Positions 23,525 to 29,198 of a stretch of 29,198 bases of DNA are shown piece after piece. The translations under genes were made by a program, and so were the position numbers. The notes below the pieces were generated by a model that was not told where the DNA came from, searched no databases, and was given only the letters and a program-made list of their open reading frames with translations. The DNA comes from a virus: the IMG/VR virus record IMGVR_UViG_3300045988_012380, positions 1-29,198 of that record; one strand, given 5' to 3'. Position 1 is the first letter of the stretch. Every line of letters starts with the position of its first letter.

Positions 23525-24824
23525 GTCTTGCTTCTTCTGTTTCAAGTTCTGTAATCTCCTCTGTTCTTTTTAAGAATGTTACTGAATTATCATATTCATA
23601 AATGATGTCATTATTTTCATCAAATCCTACAGGCTTTAGAACCTTTTCAAAAATCTTATAAGGTGATTGTCCTGCTTTTGGAGAGTTCCATAAATAATGC
23701 AGATAATCTTTCATTGTCATTCCTGCATATTTTGCTCTAGTTTCTGATGTATTCGTATTAAAACCAATTGCTTTGTTACGTTCAAAATCTAAGAAGTACA
23801 TATCCTTTTCAATATCTTTCCAATGTACTCTTCCATGTTTCTTTGCAATTTGTAAAGCTCCACTAAAATTTCCTCTTGAGTAATCCCAATTCTTGTCTAA
23901 TGCGCAACAACAACAATTATTCGAGCATTCTTTAAAGTGTGCGTCTGATACATAGAATCGCATGCCTAATTCATCACATAACTCTTTCATCTTTTGAATG
24001 TATTTAGCCTTTACTTTTCTGTTAAGTCTTAAATATCCACTTCCATTTGAATGTTTTCTATAGAAATCTACAATATCAAATCCTGCACATTCACTAATCA
24101 CATCATAATGCTCCTTAGCTTGTTTAATAGAGCGCATTTCTAAGCAAAAGAACTCTGTAGTAACCGCAGTAGCTCCTGCCTTTTTGGCTTCTCTAATTAA
24201 ATCTAGATAGGTTTTATCTGATACTCCTACAATAAATGGTCGCAACCTTAAAGTTGCACCACCTTTTGATAATTCAGTATATTTTTTCATTGCTTCAAGT
24301 CTTTTTCTTGGACTTGGTACACCTACTTCGATTTTTCTTGCGTCCTCTTCATCTAGTGTGATAATACTAAACTTAACATTCCAATTGTCTGCACCTTTGA
24401 ATAATTCTTGATATTTAGGGTCGTTAAATACCCATGCCGATTTCGTACTAAAACAGATAGGATAGTTAATAGATTTCATATACTTGAGCATTTCATAGGT
24501 TTTACCATATTTCTTTTCATATCCGTCGAATTGGTCTGATAATCCACCATATTGAATAGGGCGTCTGTCTTTAATGTATTTATAGAATTGTGATTTTGTA
24601 TCTTCTCCACTGAAAATCCTTTTGCATTTCTCAACATTGATACATTTCACATCTTTATTAAGATATGCTTCTTTACTTGCACCAATGCCTCTTTGATATT
24701 GGCTAAAACAATAAACACATCCAAATGAGCAGTTGGAATATGTATCAAATGTTACTGGTAATGAGCAATCTGCGATTTCTCCTGTCCATCTTGGTGATTG
24801 ATAAGTCTCACTAATTTTATTCAC
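23517..24824 (-). CDS. Radical SAM protein (possibly SplB/COG1533-like)
   Basis: CxxxCxxC is present at CSFGCVYC near the N-terminus, in a ..Y..C..GC.YCF.. context. An extra Cys cluster occurs at CSNNCCCCALD. GGAGG is followed by 7 nt and GTG. Confidence 0.7.
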   Translation of the reverse strand: MNKISETYQSPRWTGEIADCSLPVTFDTYSNCSFGCVYCFSQYQRGIGASKEAYLNKDVKCINVEKCKRIFSGEDTKSQFYKYIKDRRPIQYGGLSDQFDGYEKKYGKTYEMLKYMKSINYPICFSTKSAWVFNDPKYQELFKGADNWNVKFSIITLDEEDARKIEVGVPSPRKRLEAMKKYTELSKGGATLRLRPFIVGVSDKTYLDLIREAKKAGATAVTTEFFCLEMRSIKQAKEHYDVISECAGFDIVDFYRKHSNGSGYLRLNRKVKAKYIQKMKELCDELGMRFYVSDAHFKECSNNCCCCALDKNWDYSRGNFSGALQIAKKHGRVHWKDIEKDMYFLDFERNKAIGFNTNTSETRAKYAGMTMKDYLHYLWNSPKAGQSPYKIFEKVLKPVGFDENNDIIYEYDNSVTFLKRTEEITELETEEARHV

Positions 24825-24873
24825 CTTATATCCTCCATTTTCTTTTAATAATTAAGCTATTGCATAATAGATG

Positions 24874-25455
24874 TTATTCATGCATTAATTCCTTGATGTC
24901 GTAGCACACTTTTAATTCAGTTACCTGCAATAGTTTCTCTAAGAATAGTTGTTCTTCCTCTGTTTCATATGTAATGATTACACGTTGTTTTTTTAGCATT
25001 TCTTCTGAATGTTCGCTAAATGTGTCAATAAGCTCGTTGTCATATCCTTCTGCTTCCATATCCTCAGTTAATGCACTAATTTCAAAATCACCGAATCCAA
25101 AATCTCTCATGTCGATTCCGTCAATTTCTTCTAGCTCTTCCATTTCTGTTTTTAATGCGTCTAAATCCCACGAAGCTTTTTCTGCCGTTTTATTATCTGC
25201 AATTCTAAACGCCTTTACTTGCTCATCTGTTAAATCATCTGCAACCACGCAAGGAACAGTTTCTAAACCTAATTCTTGACTAGCTTTATATCGTGTATGA
25301 CCTGCAACAATCACTCCATTTTTATCAATAACAATAGGCACTTTGAAACCGAATTCCTCAATAGAATTTTTAACAAATTTCACTGCTCCATCATTGATTC
25401 TAGGGTTATTCTCATAAGGTTTTAGCTCATTTAATCTTTTTTCAACAATATTCAT
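24874..25455 (-). CDS. ParB-like nuclease (ParB/Srx N-terminal) domain protein
   Basis: The track ORF is 24874..25479. ATG 25455 follows AAAGGAGGG. The sequence is LKPYENNPRIND..IEEFGFKVPIVIDKNGVIVAGHTRYKA.. Confidence 0.75.
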   Translation of the reverse strand: MNIVEKRLNELKPYENNPRINDGAVKFVKNSIEEFGFKVPIVIDKNGVIVAGHTRYKASQELGLETVPCVVADDLTDEQVKAFRIADNKTAEKASWDLDALKTEMEELEEIDGIDMRDFGFGDFEISALTEDMEAEGYDNELIDTFSEHSEEMLKKQRVIITYETEEEQLFLEKLLQVTELKVCYDIKELMHE

Positions 25456-25475
25456 TGTTTTCCCTCCTTTTAAGC

Positions 25476-25721
25476 TCATAGAGCGTCATTTACATTTAGA
25501 CAAGTATTTGTATTCTTGATGTATTCATCAACGTATAATTCCTTTTTATCGCCGTTATACGTTACCTCATAATAATTGGGTGAATGATGTACACCAATTA
25601 ATGCTTTATTGTTCTGCAGCGTTTTACACATCCATACAACGAACATTTCACTTACCTCAATATTTTGGTTTACTTGCAACACTGCATTAATTGCTAAATC
25701 ATGAAATTTTCTTGAATCCAT
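25476..25721 (-). CDS. Hypothetical protein (81 aa)
   Basis: The track ORF is 25476..25775. ATG 25721 follows AAGGAGG, and the upstream part of the track ORF is occupied by a terminator hairpin. Confidence 0.5.
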   Translation of the reverse strand: MDSRKFHDLAINAVLQVNQNIEVSEMFVVWMCKTLQNNKALIGVHHSPNYYEVTYNGDKKELYVDEYIKNTNTCLNVNDAL

Positions 25722-25737
25722 ATTCTCCTCCTTATTA

Positions 25738-25764
25738 TTAAAAGAACCGAGACAAATGCTCGGT
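25738..25764 (-). terminator. Rho-independent terminator downstream of the tRNA-like gene
   Basis: Minus-strand hairpin ACCGAG-CATTTGT-CTCGGT (25764-25746) is followed by TCTTTT. Confidence 0.6.
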
Positions 25765-25847
25765 AATATATTCAAAGTCTATCGATATGCCATTGTTGGT
25801 ATTTAATATCTAATTTGGGAAGGACTTACTGATAAACTTTGTAAACA

Positions 25848-25923
25848 TGGTTGCAGGAGAAGGATTTGCACCATTCGACCTTCGGCTAATAAGACCGACG
25901 AGCTACTACTGCTCTATCCTGCT
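25848..25923 (-). tRNA. Initiator-like tRNA with anticodon UAU (non-canonical; Ile-AUA by anticodon)
   Basis: The minus-strand 76-mer is AGCAGGA TA GAGC AGTAGTA GCTC G TCGGT CTTATTA GCCGA AGGTC GAA(T)GG TGCAAAT CCTTC TCCTGCA A CCA. It folds as a cloverleaf. The acceptor stem has 6 bp plus an A1xA72 mismatch. The D stem has 4 bp with A11:U24. The anticodon stem has 5 bp including G29:C41 and G30:C40. The anticodon TAT lies at 25891-25889. The variable loop is AGGTC. The T stem has 5 bp with one bulged T. A73 and an encoded CCA are present. Deviations from canonical form are: no GG in the D loop, G at position 55, U37 and a U31.G39 pair. Confidence 0.6.
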
Positions 25924-25929
25924 AAAACA

Positions 25930-25938
25930 ATTATCGCA
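25930..25938 (-). promoter_or_regulatory. Extended -10-like box TGCGATAAT positioned to start transcription at tRNA nucleotide 1
   Basis: The minus strand reads TGC-GATAAT (25938-25930), then 6 nt (TGTTTT), then A1 of the tRNA at 25923. The -35 is poor. Confidence 0.35.
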
Positions 25939-25940
25939 TG

Positions 25941-25963
25941 AAAAAATGCTCACATTGTGAGCA
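25941..25963 (-). terminator. Rho-independent terminator overlapping the stop of CDS 25950..26276
   Basis: Minus-strand hairpin TGCTCACA-A-TGTGAGCA (25963-25947) is followed by T6. Confidence 0.65.
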
Positions 25964-26276
25964 CTTTCTTTAAATTCTTGTTTATCTTTCTTGGGATTTC
26001 TTCTCGTGCATAACCTACAATATTAGATGTTTTTTCTGCACTGAATCCCTTTATATATCTATACTCAATCATTGTTCGAGTTGTATCATCAAGTTGGCTT
26101 AATTTGTCTTTTACATAATTCATTCTTCTTGCATAATCTGCATGAGCCAAGAATAGCTCGGATTTTAATGGATAAATAGCTTCATCCCTTTGTAGCTCTG
26201 CTATCTTTTGCTCATAATAAGTGTATGATTGGCATTCACATAAGAAGTGTCTCTTAATATCTTCATATGTACTCAT
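25950..26276 (-). CDS. Sigma region-4-like / ArpU-type transcriptional regulator
   Basis: 108 aa. The C-terminal segment MIEYRYIKGFSAEKTSNIVGYAREEIPRKINKNLKKV is HTH-like. Family assignment is tentative. Confidence 0.45.
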   Translation of the reverse strand: MSTYEDIKRHFLCECQSYTYYEQKIAELQRDEAIYPLKSELFLAHADYARRMNYVKDKLSQLDDTTRTMIEYRYIKGFSAEKTSNIVGYAREEIPRKINKNLKKVLTM

Positions 26277-26461
26277 GATGTATACATCCTCATTAATTTA
26301 TCTTCTAATTCGCCAACTTTATTCTTTAATTTATTAATTTCATATGTTTGATTATGAATTGTTTCGTTTTTTTCTTTTAAAGTCTGATTAAGCTTAATAT
26401 TTGTCCTTCCTAATTTATTATTCTTTGAAATTAACTCTTTAATCCTTTCTTCATAATTCAT
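26273..26461 (-). CDS. Small coiled-coil protein
   Basis: The track ORF is 26273..26497 and overlaps the SSB end. ATG 26461 is preferred, but the start is uncertain. Confidence 0.4.
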   Translation of the reverse strand: MNYEERIKELISKNNKLGRTNIKLNQTLKEKNETIHNQTYEINKLKNKVGELEDKLMRMYTS

Positions 26462-26480
26462 TTCTATTAATATTCCCCCT

Positions 26481-26960
26481 CTAGAACGGTAAATCATCTG
26501 AAGCGATATTTAATCCGCTTTCAGTATATTCTTGTTGTGCGATTTGTTGTGTCAAACTTGGTTGCACATACGTGTTTTGCGTGCCGTAAGTGTTGCTATT
26601 TGCTTGATTTGGATATTGATATGCATTTACATTGGAACTATAATTCTGCCCATTAGAAGCGTTTTTAGGCGGTAATTGTACGTTACTAGCTACCACTTCA
26701 GTGATATAAATTCTTTGCCCTTGTTGATTCTCATAATTTCTAACACTAATTCTTCCTTCTACTGTAACTAAATCGCCTTTCTTGCAATACATATTTACAA
26801 TATCCGCTAATTTATTCCATGCTACGCAATTAATAAAATCTGTAGTGTTATTATATCCGTTTACTGCTACCGTAAATTTTGCTACGCTATTTCCATTTTG
26901 TGTTTTTGATAGTTCAACATCTTTAGTTAAGTTCCCTGCTATTACTGCTACATTAATCAT
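26481..26960 (-). CDS. ssb: Single-stranded DNA-binding protein
   Basis: OB-fold N-terminus (MINVAVIAGNLTKDVELSKTQNGNSVAKFTVAV), a Gln/Asn/Tyr-rich linker and the C-terminal acidic tip DDLPF. Confidence 0.9.
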   Translation of the reverse strand: MINVAVIAGNLTKDVELSKTQNGNSVAKFTVAVNGYNNTTDFINCVAWNKLADIVNMYCKKGDLVTVEGRISVRNYENQQGQRIYITEVVASNVQLPPKNASNGQNYSSNVNAYQYPNQANSNTYGTQNTYVQPSLTQQIAQQEYTESGLNIASDDLPF

Positions 26961-27534
26961 TTTCTTTCTCCTCTACAATCTTTCTCCCACAATTTGGACA
27001 ATACTTAGGTCTGTAATCGTAAAAGAACCTTTCTCCATCATCTTCATCAATTTCAATTTGTTGATACTCACTCAATACAATTCCACAATTAGAACATTCA
27101 AATTCATCAATTGAATCAAATTCTGATAAATTAGTACAAGTCTTTTCATCTAGCCATCCTAATTCCTCTGCTTGCTTGTCAATAGCTTTTAATAAAGCGT
27201 TATTTATCGTATAAGCTTCATGGTCATCATACAATTCAACTTCTTTTTCTGTTAAATCAAATGTGATTTCAAAACAATGAAATGTTCCTTTTAGTGCTTT
27301 GGTATATATTAATTTTTTTGAATCTAATTTTCTTGTAAATTCTAGCTTTTCAAATATTCCACTAGCAGTCATTTCTTCGTGTTTTGAATCTGCTTTATTA
27401 GCTAAATCTTTTAACAAATCCATAGATTTGGACATTTCTTCCATTGTTGGTAAATATCCATCTTCTCTTTCTTCTCCACACATTAAGTGAAGCAATGTAT
27501 CTATTACTTCAATGGCATTTTGATATTTATTCAT
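26953..27534 (-). CDS. Hypothetical protein with a C-terminal zinc ribbon
   Basis: CSNCG...CPNCG pair at the C-terminus. ATG start with an ATGA overlap. Confidence 0.5.
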   Translation of the reverse strand: MNKYQNAIEVIDTLLHLMCGEEREDGYLPTMEEMSKSMDLLKDLANKADSKHEEMTASGIFEKLEFTRKLDSKKLIYTKALKGTFHCFEITFDLTEKEVELYDDHEAYTINNALLKAIDKQAEELGWLDEKTCTNLSEFDSIDEFECSNCGIVLSEYQQIEIDEDDGERFFYDYRPKYCPNCGRKIVEEKEND

Positions 27535-27757
27535 TTTCTCCTACCTCTAACTCACTAAATTCTGTTTCTATTAAATCTTCGTAATCTTCATAAGGTTCAT
27601 CAGTTTCTTTTCTGTAATAAATATTTGCGCGTCCTGCTTTACCATCACTTTCCAACGTAAGAAACAAATCGTATAAATCTCCGCCATAGTTATTTATTTC
27701 TAACGATAAGTCATCTTCACAATAAATCAATCCATTATAGTAGTATTTTTTATTCAT
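27527..27757 (-). CDS. Small acidic hypothetical protein
   Basis: AGGAGG is followed by ATG. 76 aa. Confidence 0.5.
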   Translation of the reverse strand: MNKKYYYNGLIYCEDDLSLEINNYGGDLYDLFLTLESDGKAGRANIYYRKETDEPYEDYEDLIETEFSELEVGENE

Positions 27758-27820
27758 ATGCCTTTAACCTCCTATGTTTGGGCAAATACAATCCCAGTTA
27801 TAATCATCGAATTCAACTTC

Positions 27821-28216
27821 TTAATCCTTGGTGATTTCTCCATCAATAATTTCAATGATTTGGTTAAAGCACATTCCACATTCAAATGCATGAATTCTCA
27901 TATCAACTCCATATTGCTTACAAGAATTTAATAGTTCTTCTGCACTAATACCCCATGCGAATTCTGCTTCAAGTCCAATTGCGATTTTTCCCTCATCGTT
28001 CCAATCATCAATAAATACATCTAAGTCAAGAATAAATCCTCTGCGAGTTCCTTTAATCCAGCATCTGCTACATTTAACTTCACTATAATCATTCATCTTC
28101 AACGCTTCTAAATCTTCTCCGATATAAGTAACCGGTTGTAATCCTTCTAAAACAAATTTTGTTAAATTCTCTTTTGTCCCTCTTACTCTTAAAGTTCCTG
28201 CACACCAATTAGGCAT
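27821..28216 (-). CDS. Hypothetical protein with an MPNWC N-terminal motif
   Basis: ORF with ATG start. The N-terminus MPNWCAGTLRVRG resembles a recurrent phage/plasmid domain of unknown function, as I recall it. Confidence 0.5.
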   Translation of the reverse strand: MPNWCAGTLRVRGTKENLTKFVLEGLQPVTYIGEDLEALKMNDYSEVKCSRCWIKGTRRGFILDLDVFIDDWNDEGKIAIGLEAEFAWGISAEELLNSCKQYGVDMRIHAFECGMCFNQIIEIIDGEITKD

Positions 28217-28628
28217 TTTTTATTCCCTCCACTTTTCTTTCTCCTGTCTTTGCATATTCTAGTGCTTCAATAAATGATTTAAACATAGAAATTTCAAAAT
28301 TCAGTATTTCTATTTGACCTACGAGACTATTAATATGATGGCTTTCGCCCTTATTTATATAATCAATTATCTTATTTTCATGATGCAAAATTATTTCACG
28401 GTCTTCATCAATCGTTCTCTTATACGTTCCGATTAATCCATCAATTCTTTCTTCAATCATTTGAAGATCATCCTCATTTGAATCGTCATTAATAATGGCG
28501 TTGTATAAGTATTCAATACGTTCTCTGTATTCCTCTTTTGTGATTTCTGATAAAGGCTTTTTAAATCCTGTAGGCAACAATTTAAATCCGAATTCTTTTT
28601 CAAATTCATCTAAATCTTTTTCTGTCAT
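28209..28628 (-). CDS. Hypothetical protein (139 aa)
   Basis: The track ORF is 28209..28643 with a TTG start. ATG 28628 follows GGGAGGTGG and forms an ATGA overlap. Confidence 0.5.
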   Translation of the reverse strand: MTEKDLDEFEKEFGFKLLPTGFKKPLSEITKEEYRERIEYLYNAIINDDSNEDDLQMIEERIDGLIGTYKRTIDEDREIILHHENKIIDYINKGESHHINSLVGQIEILNFEISMFKSFIEALEYAKTGERKVEGIKNA

Positions 28629-28864
28629 ACTTCCACCTCCCAATCTTGTGGCATTTGAAATACTTTAGTGTATAGATATTCTGTTCGCTTTTGAATTTCA
28701 TCTAATACCTTTAAAGCTTTTTCTTTTGTTGAGTACATACCTAAAGAAACGCTAATACTTGTTCTACAATTTAATATAATCACTTCATATTTACCACTGT
28801 GGTCTTCAACTGCGAAAGAGTCGCAATCCATTAAAATATTTCCACCTTGACTTCTAATCCACAT
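28625..28864 (-). CDS. Hypothetical protein (79 aa)
   Basis: AAGGGG is followed by ATG. Confidence 0.5.
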   Translation of the reverse strand: MWIRSQGGNILMDCDSFAVEDHSGKYEVIILNCRTSISVSLGMYSTKEKALKVLDEIQKRTEYLYTKVFQMPQDWEVEV

Positions 28865-28867
28865 AAC

Positions 28868-29080
28868 TTACCCCTTTGAATTTTCTTTTAATTCTTTCAC
28901 AAATCTTTTTAGCTCAAAATAAAGCAAGATTGGGAGTATAATCGGATAAAGGATTGTTGCTAATACAAAATAATCATTTGCTAAATAACTGATACCTTTT
29001 ACGAAATATGCAACCCACATCCCAATCACAAGATAAACTACTAAAAATATTACAATCTCGACCATAATCTCAATATCCAT
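28868..29080 (-). CDS. Small membrane protein (70 aa, 2 TM)
   Basis: The track ORF is 28868..29128. The start was moved to ATG 29080, which forms a TAATG overlap with the upstream stop. There are two hydrophobic helices. Confidence 0.45.
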   Translation of the reverse strand: MDIEIMVEIVIFLVVYLVIGMWVAYFVKGISYLANDYFVLATILYPIILPILLYFELKRFVKELKENSKG

Positions 29081-29198
29081 TAATATCCATTCTCCAATCT
29101 TTGATAGTTGATTTTGTTCTTGTCGCAATAAGCTTCATAAACTTGTTCAACCTCGAAGCCTAAATATTCTGTAATTGCGATAAGTGCTTCAACTCTAC
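29080..29198 (-). CDS. C-terminal fragment of a dimeric dUTPase / MazG-like all-alpha NTP pyrophosphatase (5' end outside the window)
   Basis: The open frame at the right edge reads ..RVEALIAITEYLGFEVEQVYEAYCDKNKINYQRLENGY*. The ..KN.iN..R...GY ending resembles dimeric phage Dut proteins, as I recall them. Confidence 0.4.
   Translation of the reverse strand, partial: RVEALIAITEYLGFEVEQVYEAYCDKNKINYQRLENGY

Noticed and set aside
25722-25775. N-terminal extension of CDS 25476..25721 in the track
   Set aside because: The extension is occupied by a terminator hairpin and the SD, and the ATG at 25721 has a proper AAGGAGG.
25848-25923. The tRNA-like sequence as a mere attP core or a decayed fragment of host tRNA-fMet
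   Set aside because: It is full length with an encoded CCA. All four stems are retained. It has a promoter-like box and flanking terminators. No integrase is nearby. Its one anticodon change matches the ATA starts seen elsewhere. This alternative is not fully excluded, because the T arm and D loop are non-canonical.
996-27490. All plus-strand ORFs in the track: 996..1286, 3295..3594, 5344..5550, 6447..6674, 7328..7666, 8392..8589, 8713..9033, 9115..9300, 9988..10185, 10546..10953, 11273..11491, 11606..11893, 12179..12439, 12542..12730, 15836..16027, 16034..16576, 19165..19359, 20670..21065, 21771..21968, 22726..22980, 22755..22964, 24974..25279, 26782..27114 and 27299..27490
   Set aside because: Each lies antisense to a well-supported minus-strand gene. 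None has a convincing SD. Their translations are low-complexity and Leu/Ile/Ser/Phe-rich, as expected for the reverse frame of AT-rich coding DNA. They are shadow ORFs.
1-29198. CRISPR arrays, rRNA, IS or transposase genes, and integrase or repressor (lysogeny) genes
   Set aside because: I recognised no spaced direct repeats, no rRNA-like sequence, no transposase or recombinase motifs and no divergent repressor/Cro pair in any frame of this window.

Overview
This is an AT-rich 29.2-kb segment of a siphovirus-type phage or prophage from a low-GC Gram-positive host. Every credible gene is on the minus strand, so transcription runs right to left. In that order the window contains four blocks. 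(1) Early/DNA-metabolism genes at 29198-23517: a dUTPase-like fragment, SSB, a sigma-region-4/ArpU-like regulator, a stand-alone tRNA-like gene, a ParB-like nuclease-domain protein and a radical-SAM protein. (2) Packaging and head genes at 23373-12557: TerS, TerL, portal, a 3-gene fibre/FN3/SGNH-esterase insert, minor head protein, scaffold, major capsid and connectors. (3) Tail genes at 12560-6219: terminator-like protein, tube, chaperone, Gp15-like protein, tape measure, Dit and a Tal-like protein. (4) A lysis cassette whose holin (5700-6206) and CHAP-SH3b-GH25 endolysin (1630-3090) are split by about 2.6 kb of cargo genes, followed by a further operon behind a duplicated terminator-promoter cassette (1508-1). 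No integrase, repressor, CRISPR array or rRNA was seen. Main claim: at least 11 late genes appear to start at ATA codons. They are TerS, portal, fibre-like protein, SGNH protein, major capsid, gp10-like protein, tail tube, tape measure, Dit, holin and endolysin. Each ATA lies 6-11 nt downstream of a strong Shine-Dalgarno sequence. For six of these genes a long, protein-like N-terminal reading frame contains no ATG, GTG or TTG at all. The early region also encodes a 76-nt tRNA (25848-25923) behind an extended -10 box and bracketed by terminators. It looks like a bacterial initiator tRNA (1:72 mismatch, A11:U24, A73, encoded CCA, tRNA-fMet-like sequence blocks) but carries the anticodon UAU, complementary to AUA. 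I propose a phage-encoded AUA-reading initiator tRNA that licenses translation of AUA-initiated late genes. This is inference from sequence alone and needs experimental and comparative testing.
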